Below, one piece after another: positions 50,373 through 62,400 of a DNA stretch of 64,000 bases. The DNA is from Tubulanus polymorphus. Its lineage: Eukaryota > Animalia > Nemertea. Both the position numbers and the translations under genes were made by a program. Location of the stretch: NCBI RefSeq assembly GCF_964204645.1, contig NC_134029.1:21570950-21634949 (forward strand). Direction: 5' to 3'. Numbering within the stretch: position 1 is the first letter of the stretch; each line of letters opens with the position of its first letter. The notes under the pieces were generated by a model. That model ran no database searches. It worked only from the letters and a program-made list of their open reading frames with translations, and was not told where the DNA came from.

Positions 50373-51899
50373 ATAACTTTGAATGAATATAATGATGACA
50401 TCTTTTAACTTTATACGGATTATTGATAGGTTGTTCCTCATTCGATTCGCACCTCTAGGTCGTGACGAACCTATGCGGTTGTGATTCGAATGTTATGTGC
50501 TATATTTGCATTAACTAGGCTTTGGATCTTAATAACGGGTTTTGTGTGCCATAGCATCGTTAAAAGAATACTTCATATTCCTTGATTATTTGACGTTTCC
50601 GATGCCTTCATTTGGACAGCGTCGCTAGATATTTTAATATGTATAAGTTATTGAAATGAATTAAGGTGCTGTTGTTAATATCATGCGTGTACATTTTACC
50701 TGCCGCGGCGTTTCGATTTTAAATTAAATAACTTAATCTCTTTCTGTGCGATTCAATCATGTTTTTTCCTGGGTAAGATTCAAAACTTCCCGTTCATGTA
50801 AATTCTTCTCGCGGATCCTTCACGCACGTGTGTAGTAGAAATGAAAATATGCTCTTTTTTCCGTTCGGAATTCCGTTCAATGTCTTATGCAATTTTACTT
50901 GTTTTATCGCGAGGGTCTTACCACGTATTTACCTGTACGATGATAGATAACGATGTAATTGTAACGTTGTTACTGTCACGATTTAAAATCATGTTTACTG
51001 GTTTAATACTGCGCGTACTGTTCAGTACTCAACCACTCTAGTGTTATATATATATGTATATGTATATATGGGATAGTATGTAATACTAAAAACTATTGTG
51101 CAGTTTTTAAATGATATGATTTGACTCGTGTGTGTGCGTGTTGTGTATTTAGAAGTTTGAAAAGCGTGTAAATATTTATAGACCTCATTAACTTGTCGGT
51201 CGGGTAATTTATATACTTAAATAAAATCACAGCAGCTTCAATCATAATGGAAATAAAATTTATGCTGAAAAATGATAAATCATATGTTGTGTATTCTTTT
51301 CGATATCGGTGAATAAGGAACATGTACATCTACTAAGAGAGGAAACTTCATTTGGTTTTCTAGGATTATACGAACCTCAGTCTAGTCTTGGGTCATTCTA
51401 AATAGCAGACGATCTTAACGGTGCCCATGTTTCAGGAAAATGGCTAGCTACTTGAAGATTTGTCTTTATTTGCTTCTGGCTATCGATCAGTTAGCACCAC
51501 CTCTGGATAGAGACACCACTGAATCGGGTCACTTTCAACTCATTTTCTTATCGGCTGGACAAATTCAGAAGATCCCAAGACATAGTATTGAGGTAATCGG
51601 TGTGACTTCACAGACCCCTTTAAGTAAGATCTAAATCAACAAGAGGAAACATTCAGAGCAACATATTCACTCTTAAACAGTTTAACCTTTTCAGGGCAAC
51701 TGGACCCTGAGGCGAACACAGCACACTACAGCACAGCTAGGGGTTTAAATAAGTCCTGACAGTTTGGGGTCCAAAACCTAGGATTCGACATCTCAACTCG
51801 ACATCTTAGGTGTACCTAAGATACTTGATTTTGGACCCCCAGCTATTGTCACAAGCCACTGTGAAGTGAATCGAATGTTGACCACCTGTTGTTCCATTC

Positions 51900-52078
51900 G
51901 ACCACGTGCATTTATTTACAAACACACCTGTGTTGATCATGTGACTTATTCAACATGGCGGCGCAGGTCAATAATTGAAAACTGTGTTAAACAATCATTG
52001 ATAATTTCAAATTAAGACATTTGCCCGCGTATTTAGCGATGAAAACTTAATCATAGGTGTTCACTTGAAAATCAACAT
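51900..52078 (+). promoter_or_regulatory. Promoter and first exon of the downstream gene
   Basis: CACGTG, CACCTG and TCATGTGAC boxes; CAACATGGCGGC (YY1/TISU consensus) at 51951-51962; donor CAT|GTAAGT after 52078; next exon 52692-52845. Confidence 0.6.
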
Positions 52079-52832
52079 GTAAGTGCTCCTCTCAACGGCT
52101 TAAAGATGTACTGAAAGTCTTCTATCAACCGGTTAACTGATCGTTGCTAGTCAAGCTGCTGTTCTCGAATTGGAATAGTCTGTGTTTCTTACATTCAATG
52201 AAACGTCGTCATTACTTTCTGATACAGCACCGAAATGAATATTCTAATCTTCGAAACGTTTACGTATTTAAATTCCCTGAAAAAGCATGATATTCAATCG
52301 TGAATCTAACTTGTCGTTTACAGTAACTAGTTACTTCATTTCAGTATAGGCCTATATAAGATCTAATGCTGCTCATCTGATAGATGGCAGGATTGTTTCT
52401 TTCCGTATAAAAGCTTCAGTCAGCAACAATTAAATACCCTATGTTTAAAGTATCTTTTAAAGCCGATATGAGAGATGCCATTCAAGATACCCCTATACCT
52501 CTTTAAACCTTAAACCTATTTACCGATGTATAGGCTAGCTAGATATACGGGCAGGGCTAAGCCTATGCTTATGTCAGGCTTTTGTGGTGTTTGATCGGTA
52601 AACGGGGTCCAGGAATATCTGTATCGTAGTTATATTGTATCCTTGTATCATGACTAAATATCATATTTCTAATTGTGTTGTATGTACGTAGACAGAAACG
52701 AGGAAGTTAATTACAACGACCTGTGCGTTGGTGACATATAAACCTAGAGCATTCACAACGGCAGACGAGCTTCATCAGACGGATCTAGATCTACTCGTAT
52801 CACCTGTTATACGATTGAATCTTATCATTCTG

Positions 52833-54370
52833 ATGGCGCAGGCAGGTGAGTGTAATCAGCCTTCTTATTTCCAGTGATTTTCATGCGTCGTTATTAAGAG
52901 ATTTACCCCGGGTCTTACGCGTGATAACTTCGACGGTTTTTTTTTTAATCGTTTGATGGAAAGCCTGTCGTGTCTTTATGTTAGACAATCGAACGAATTT
53001 ATGAATCGGGAGAAACGAGTCGCGATGAATTCCGATATCGGCGATATCATATTCATTTCATTGTCTAAAAGCTTGGGTAGTTATTTTCGATGGTCAAGGG
53101 CGAATCCAGCTTCGGATCCTGAGTACTAATACTTAGTCCAGTATCGCGGCATCACAGAAAAGAAATCCTGAAAATTCTGAATTTTTCCCGCCTCCACGTA
53201 AAATCTGAGCGTTTTTAGGAATGTAAAATTTGATTCTCCACACATCTGAAATAATGGGATTCTCTTGTATTTGAGTTTTGCTACCGCAAGGTATTGCTTA
53301 AACAGTAACGTAACTAGGCTCGACCCGTCTGAGATGGTCTGAAGTGAAAAAAGCTACTTAACATTGATTTTATATTTTACTCCAGTAAAACTGGGTGTGG
53401 ACCTAGAAATAAGAGTTTTATCAAAAAGAAACGTTACGCTTAAAAACATTTCTCCTAATCGGCCGGGTCATTTTTGTGAACTGCAATGAATATTGTATTC
53501 AGTTCATATCCATAGCTGCTTGGTCCGTCATTGTTAGCTTGATTATGACTTAAAAAATGTAATCTACAGGGAAGATATGCAGCTGGCCAGGTTAACTTTT
53601 AAGCTCGGCAGAAATGAAAAACAAGGTATAAATTTTTCAAAGACTCATCATCAGTGAAGTTCTAGGATTGAGTAGGAGATGGAGAGAGCTAACTTTTGAG
53701 TCTGGACCCAGGTGAAATGATCTCAGCCATCTCACCGTGCGCTTCCAGATTTGTTGTTAGATCAGCAGTGTTACCCCTGATGATAGTAACGTTTAACGTT
53801 TATCCGCGCGCGCGCGTTGTTTTTTTTATTTAGTTCGTCGTTGCTATGGTGATCGAAGCGTACTACTGTTTTAAAGGTGTATTTGTTCATTTGTCCGATG
53901 AAAATTTTTGCGTTGAAATGAAAGATGATTGCGTTGTAGTCGAGCGAAGTCTATGTTTAGACGGCGTTTCTTTAGTTATTTTCGGCGTCGAAGTTAAACG
54001 CAGTGTAATAAAAACCGATGTCGCTGATATATCCTTATCGCGTGCGTAATTCTTTGTTCAATTTATTTAAGGCTTTCAGCATCGAGCTTAACCATTCATA
54101 TAGATTTTTGTTGATGCTATTCATGGCGCTGATCCTTCCGAGTGGTTTTCGTCGCAGCGTTTTTGGTTCGCTCGTAACGTTTTTCTTTTTGTTTTTTTTT
54201 TTTTACGGCTGCTAAGAACGGTCGTCGAAGCGCGATATGTCACTCTTCAGAGTAATGAAAAATGAGACTTCTCCGCAAATTCTGAGAAGCAGCAGCCAAC
54301 ACCCTGCGCGGACGGTGCATATCGTATCATTCTATCTTTGCGCATTTAGCCCGTTGCAATTACACATTCA

Positions 54371-54416
<46 letters not shown>

Positions 54417-57400
54417 TGATTTAGCAGGAACTTTTTGTCACGTGATTGCGAACCGGGGTTAACTGATCAATGAAATGACGACAGATGCTGTGTTGAAATT
54501 CAAATGCGGTGGTATACACGGAGGAGCGCGTATTAATTGTATAAATAGATCTATAACGTACGCGGCATTATATTATATCGCTCTGTAAATATTTCGTATA
54601 AATGTCGATATCATCGATATTACAGGTTGTCGGAATTCGGGTGCAGATTTAATTCTGCGATTACTTTAAAACTATATATGATTTATGGTTATTTCGTGGT
54701 AGGATATGTATTGTATTGTGCTGGCAGCGCGAGTGAATGAATCGTAGCTGATTTGAAAGTTTGATTAATCTGATTGAATTATAATTGATGCTACGACCTC
54801 CCGTGATAGTTGACGTATTTACGGATATCGAACCGCTTTGCGGAAATTGAGGACGAGATTCAGCGGTTTACAGAGATTTAGGTTAAAGCATTTTATGGAA
54901 ATTCAGGAAATATTGAATCATTGTTTTAGATATGATTGATATGTGTATTTGCAATAGTACAGTTTATGGTATATCGCGCTAGCAGTGCCAGAGAATCTAT
55001 TGTTGCCGATTCAAAAGTTGGATTAATTTGAATTATGAAATGATCGCCTCCTCCAGGTGGTAGTTGACGTATTTACACAGAGATTTAACCCGGTGTCGTC
55101 TGCTGCGCGTTTTTCGACGAGATTAATGAAACGCCGGCAGTTTCTAAACACCGACACTCGGGGAAAGAGATTTATATTATCGGATCAGGAGGCGCGCGCT
55201 CGCGCACGGCTTTGTGAATCTCATCAACGCGATGTTAACCGCGGCGTACAGGTATTGATCTTTACCGTAGATATTTTTTGGTTTATGAGAAATATCAGCC
55301 GGCGATTATTTCCCGTTCACCGAACAATATGGCCTCATTCCGAGCGCCGGGCGCAGGATTTATTCGCAGTCGAGTAGTTATGGCGGTAATGACTAGTAAT
55401 AAATGACCCCTCAGCGCACTTTTGATTCTCGAGTGGTTCTCCGGTCGTCGGAATCTGCGTCGCGGTTCGCTCGGATTACACGGATTTATCCCCGCGCGCG
55501 CCGCATCGAATAGGGATTTACCTCGACGAATACTGAAAACTCGAAGTTTCTTCTGAACGCGATGTATTCATTGTTCGAATAATATAATTCGTAAACTAGA
55601 TGGAGATTACGTTGTCGTTCGGCTTCGTTGAAAGGCGTCGTTTGTGATGATTTGTTGTAGAATGAAAAGGAACAGTTTTATCGGATTATTCACCGAAATT
55701 AAGCGTAAATTCGTGAATTCCGCCGGTAGTGGCATCACGACGACGACGACCGACTATGATTTGAATCGCAACGCGAGCACCGAGTTTCAGTCGCAAGTAT
55801 CTACAGGTATTACTAGTCGGGTGTTGAGAGGGTCGTGTATGATTTCAGATTTTCATCAACGGATCAAAAGCCGGTAGCGTGACAGATTTTAGGGGCAGTT
55901 CCTTTTTGATTAAAAAGCGGACCTTTTTGTCGGCTCCTTTTTGAAGGTAGACTTCGTGTTGTGACGACAGCAAATATGCTCACAGGTCAAGGCTTCCTGT
56001 GCAGTTTGGTGCCATTCCTCGTGTACCTATAGGAACAAGCCAAGGATTTTATTCAATTCCTCAAAATTCATTTTTGATCGTTTTCCGTTTAATCTTAGTG
56101 GGTATCAATTTCCGTCGAGAGATGCAAGTATCTGTGAATCTAAAATACGTAGGAGTTGATCTGCGTCGGAGTGAACTTTGAGAAGATTTACTTCGACATA
56201 GGATACTTTAACGTTTCATCAGACGCTGATAAACGATACTGATGAGACTTTAATAATGAAATGTTAAGTCGTTCGGTGGCACAGTCCCGAGAACGGCTTT
56301 AATCATAGTGTTAACCACGCCCGATGTTTATTGCAATTTGTAGAACGTTAGAAGTTAATATGCGAAAGGTCATATAATGATCGCCTTGATATTTCATATT
56401 AGATTATCGACATCGACGTTTTTACCTCGCGATGCCGTGCGTTCGAAACAGTCAGAGGTTGATCTAAGTTGACGTTTTAAGTGAACTGCGATGTATTGAA
56501 ATGTTTTGTAACGATTTTGATGCATTGAATTTTACCCTCTCGCTGCCAATAGCAACATTTTTAAAAGCCTTTGCCTGTTGAGGCAATGATTCCAGGAGTC
56601 ACAAGTAAATAGTCGGGGAGCCAATTTTTGGCAACACTTATTTTCTGTTGCTAGAGTATCTGGGCTCTTCAAAAACCATTGTTGCCAACCCGGCAATTTC
56701 GGTACCTCGCTGCCAGAGGTTTCTGGCTCATTTAGGCAGAAAGAAATGGGCTTGAGTTCGGAATTACTCTTGAAGTAACCATTGGTGAAACGTGTAGTAA
56801 TGATATATAGAGAATCCCACGCTGATAAAACGAGAAAGATGAAGTACAGATGAAGTCCGAAAAGTTTCCTTTAAGCTAATAATTCATAGATTCGGCGTTT
56901 CGACCATAACCTGATAGTCATCTTCAAAAATAAAGATACTGAAGATGACTTTTAGGTTATAGTTGAAACGTTGAATCAATAAATCATTAGCTTGAAGGAA
57001 ACTTCTCACACTTCATCTATACTTCATCTTTCTCGTTTTATAAGTAAGAGATTCTCGAGTCTTTAGTGTCAAAAGTTTGTCATATCACATTACACCATAC
57101 CATGATAAACTAGTTTCTGGATACACGAACGAATACCTCTATAATATATTCATTATGATGAAGTCAACCTGATTAATTTTCCATCAAGTTACTTAAGAAT
57201 TGTCATGTCACTGGCTACCGATATTCACAAAATGAAGGTTGAATTTTTTTGATAATATAAACGAACGTTCACTACCCGATCATACTTACACGTATGATGT
57301 ATTGAATTTGTGTACGCGCGCGTTCGTAGCCCCCGGAACTATGTTGAAACGTCTTATTCTATTTATGGGGTAAACGTCATAATATAACTGCCATCGACTG

Positions 57401-59347
57401 TTATCTCTAGAGGGTAAAAACAAAATGTCACTCTCTCTCTTCTCTCTCTCTCTCAGTCTCTTTCTATCTCTCTTCTCCCTCCCTCTCTCTCTACTCTCTC
57501 CCTCTCTCTACTCTCTTCCTCTATCTTTCTATCTCTCTTCTCCCTCCCTCTCTCTCTACTCTCTCCTCTCTCCCTCTCTCTTTCTATCTCTCTTCTCCCT
57601 CCCTCTCTCTCTACTCTCTCCTCTCCCTCTCTCCCTCTCTCTTTCTATCTCTCTTCTCCCTCCCTCTCTCTCTACTCTCTCCTCTCTCTCCCTCTCTCTA
57701 CTCTCTCCCTCCCTCTCTCTCTACTCTCTCCTCTCTCTCCCTCTCTCTACTCTCTCCCTCTCTCTATCTCTCTTCTCCCTCTCTCTCTACTCTCTCCCTC
57801 TCTCTACTCTCTCCTCTCTCTCCCTCTCTCTACTCTCTCCCTCCCTCTCTCTCTACTCTCTCCTCTCTCTCCCTCTCTCTACTCTCTCCCTCTATCTCTC
57901 TTCTCCCTCCCTCTCTCTCTACTCTCTCCTCTCTCTCCCTCTCTCTACTCTCTCCCTCCCTCTCTCTCTACTCTCTCCTCTCTCTCCCTCTCTCTACTCT
58001 CTCCCTCTCTCTTTCTATCTCTCTTCTCCCTCCCTCTCTCTCTACTCTCTCCTCTCTCTCCCTCTCTCTACTCTCTCCCTCCCTCTCTCTCTCTTCTCCC
58101 TCCCTCTCTCTCTACTCTCTCCTCTCTCTCCCTCTCTCTACTCTCTCCCTCCCTCTCTCTCTACACTCTCCTCTCTCTCCCTCTCTCTACTCTCTCCCTC
58201 TCTCTATCTCTCTTCTCCCTCCCTCTCTCTCTACTCTCTCCTCTCTCTCCCTCTCTCTACTCTCTCCCTCTCTCTTTCTATCTCTCTTCTCCCTCCCTCT
58301 CTCTCTACTCTCACCTCTCTCTCCCTCTCTCTCTACTCTCTCCTCTCTCTTCCTCTGTCAAAGTTGCTGTAGGAGTTAGCCGATGTAGATACGTTCATCC
58401 CTGGGAATTACGATGAAAAGCGCCGGGAATACGCTTTATTCGATCGGAGCGAATCACGCACAACGACGACGTCTTCGCGCCGACATTTGACATTTAAAGT
58501 ACGGACAATTAACCATCCCGTAGCCGGTGAAAACCGGCGAAAATAGCATCGTTGCCATTGATGTTTTAGACTGACAGTAACCGGTTGCGGTTTATATACG
58601 GCTAGTTATGAGTTTTTGATCGAGGTTGAAAGGGTGACTGATGACTGAGAACTCGCTATCAACTTATCGGCTTTATCTTCTAATCTCTTCGTAATGCCAA
58701 TCAGTCTAATCAGATTTCTTCCAGTAGCTTCATAGGCTTCAGCCGGGATTATTTCAGTTTTTCAGTTAAGCCCGTTGCATGCTTGACGATTTTTTAGGCG
58801 TCAACGGAAAGATTTTTAATTGTTGATGACTTTCATTTAAATAGATACCGGTAGTCTGCCGTTAGCGGCTGAATCTCAGATGGCGACACTAGTCATTGTT
58901 GCTACTTCACTGTTGATACGGCCGCCATTTTATCTCTCTGCTGATTGGTTGTTTTGTTATTCCATTTTTGGGTGACCAGCAAAAGTTACCAGTGGTCGGA
59001 CGCTAGGTGATATAAGCTGGATCACACGGAGACGATTTAGCCCGGGTCGAATTGGCACAGCCCAGACCCGAGTCAAATTTGGCCCTACTTAAGTAGAGGG
59101 TGCGCCCACATGCAAACCACTCCTTGTTACTAAACAATGCTTAAACAAAGCAAAGTGAGGCATCTCTGGAACCAGCTGCAATTCACACGCTATGATTTGA
59201 CCCATGCTAGAATTTGGCTCGGCTATATTAGCGAATCTGTTGCTTGCCACAAAAATCGGCAACAAGCCATTAAGAAATGTTGAGCGTGTGGCGGGCTTTA
59301 GTATTTCAAGAAGTATCTCCTTGATGCGTATTTCCGTCTCCCTCTCT

Positions 59348-59422
<75 letters not shown>

Positions 59423-62400
59423 CTCCCTCTCCTCCCTCCCTCTCCTCCCTCCCTCCTCCCTCTCCCTCCCTCCTCCCTCCCTCCCTCCCTCCCTCTGTCT
59501 CTCTCTCTCTCTCCCTCTCAATCGTGTCCAATAAAACCATAGAAAATCACTAATGACTTTCCAGCGTTACCTTCCATTCCCCGCGGTTGATTTAATCACT
59601 TAATCGCTACGTGGCAAGTTCAAATATTTTCATAAATCATTTTGAATTATGAGAAGTTCATCGACGTTCGACAATTTTAGGCTACTGGTTTTTTCGGTTG
59701 ATCAGTATTGCGGATAGATGACTGAGTGCGTCCCGTCCTCGTCACTCTCGACAGCGGAGCAGACCTTCGTTTTGATTAATCAGATATTCAGAGTTAATAC
59801 ATCATTAGTCGTATTGTATGTGTAATTTACAAAAAGCCGTTGGATGTTGTGTGCGTCTAACGCCCTTACGGTTTCTAATTAAATTATCCGGCCGCTGGTC
59901 ATGTGAAAGATGCCGTTGTTATTAAGCCTGAGGCGTTCAATGACAAACTACATTTCTTCATTCGGGGCACATCTTTACGCGCCTTTGGCGTTCGGTTTTT
60001 TACGCTACATAACCTTATTCATTGGACTCGGCTGCAGCGGAATATTTGCGAGAGATGCATGCAGATGGATGGATGGATGAGCTGCGATCACACGGAGACG
60101 ATTTGGCCCAAGCCAAATTTGTACCGATCAGACTTGGCTCATGCTTAATCGGAGAGCGGGCTCGCATGTAAACCACTCGCTTGATATCCAACAACGCTTG
60201 AACAAAGTGAAGTGAGTCACTTCTGGAACCAGTTGTGATTCATACGCGATGATTTGACCCGTGCTAAAAATTGGCTTGGGCCTGGTCCGACGTTTTATGT
60301 CCACGGCACCCATGTGAACAGTCATTCCGGGCCAAATTTGGCCCTGGACAGAAAAGCTTGTGTAGTCGTTGCAGCAATGGTTGTAGTCGCGTCCAGGGGC
60401 GGATCCACAGGCCAAATTTGAAGAACTTTTCGCATCCCAAAATGGCACTTTGATGTCCGAAACGCATTATAATGTGTACTCCCCTCTTTATGTGTACTAC
60501 CTGTACTGGAATGGTCCAATTATCTTTGTTGACAAATTAGAAAGGGTATAAAAGAAATGTAATGTGCTTGTACAAGTCCTGACGATGCAATAGTAACTAT
60601 TGCTAGTTAGTCCGCTCTGAATTGGCTCGTACCCGGAATGGACCAACTCATAATGGACCAAATCAATGCTGTGCAGAACTGATCGTTCGCATACATTCTT
60701 AAGTCAGTCATTGTCACTGGTAGTTATCACTAAAATCTAGCTACCGGTAGTACGAATGCTTGTTCCATTCTTAATTGGAATGGACTAATTCAGACTAGTT
60801 CGAACATTGCTTATTTCAGGATTTGAACAGTTAGTTAGTTACCGCGTCTATAATTCCCAGTCCTTCCTCGTTGTGAGGTGGTAATGATTTTTGGATGAAA
60901 TAAGAGGATTTATTCGCTTCGTCGATCGAATCAATTTTTCGCTGGTAAATAATTCGCTACAATCCGGTGAAAATTTCGATCAATTATATTAAACCTCACA
61001 GGCCCTACTCGACGTTTCTATTCGGACTAATTTAAACTTCAAAGTCGTAACTGCGAGGGCTGAAATTTTAATGGATTGTCGACTAACATTTGAATGAAAA
61101 TTGTCGCCGTAGGTTGATCAAACTGGTGCGCATTTCAATAGCCATTAAACGTTTTCCTTTCAACGAATGCTAAGTTTAAAACCAGATGCGTCTTTCCTAA
61201 AGACGATTTGGGATTTTACGTTGTGGTATGAGTGCGTGAGCGTATTGTTTTTTTTGCCGTTTCAGCCGTCTGCTTGTTCACGGCGAATCACCTGTATCAA
61301 GCGTGTTTAATATTTTCAGCTGATTATTTATATGCCGGCGTTCGGGTCGACTACTCGAGTGATCGATATGTATCAACCAATGGGATGCATCGTTGATATC
61401 ATGTGATTTGTTAACTCTTTCCCTGTAAGCGGTATTTGATCGTCTGATTGCGGTGAATTCATAAATATCCGGAAAATTTCAGCCGTCTGCTTGTTCACGG
61501 CGAATCACCTGTATAAAGCGTGTTTGATATTTTCGGCTGATTATTAACTCTTTCCCTGTTAGCAGTATTTGATCGTCTACCCGCTCGTATCGGGCGTGTA
61601 AATTCGCCGATGAATTCAATCGTCGCGATCGCGTGAAAAAAAATACGTCGCTCTTCTGCCCCTAGCTTTAGGGAAGAGTTGAGAATCGAATGATGCTGCC
61701 ACTCCTTAGTAACATTCTCCACGGGGTCTTATTCTTACCGCGTCACGGCTTAAATCTTATCGGATTAATTATCCTCCGAGACAACGTTATCATCGGTTAT
61801 CATCGGTGTGATACTAGTAATGATTATAGAAACTTGCTGCGATGATGATATCGATTAACTAAATGATGTCGAATAATGACAATGTAATCACTGATTCATG
61901 GTGTATGTACACACAAAAGTCACTGAAATCAGATAGAAACTATTAAACATCTATGCCCAACATCGCTGACCACTGCTGTCAACTTTTTAACAATACTGAC
62001 CAATGCAGTACAATATCACTGACCACAAGAGACTTAACAACATCATCCGACATCACTGTCCAACATCACTTGCTCTATCTCCACTGACCATGTAGGGGGG
62101 ATTTCCCACAATATCTTACAGAGACAATTACTAATTTCGAAAGACCACGACGACCATGACACCCTGAACTTTTACCGATAAATGTGTGAGGATAAACAGC
62201 TAGAAATGGTGTGAAAAACTAGTATACGTGATATAAACAATATCGGGATATTTCAGTTATTTTCGTAAATGGCTTTTCTGAAAATTGCGTTTTTGTAGGA
62301 TAGTTGATGAATTCTGTATGTCATTTATCGTGTTACGATATATTTATGTTCGCCTGAATTTATTAAACGTTCGTATGTTACATTTCAGAAAGAAACTGCC

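Noticed and set aside
57425-58372. 315-aa S/L/P ORF
   Set aside because: Translation of a CT microsatellite with no coding signature. The same applies to ORFs at 59204-59542.
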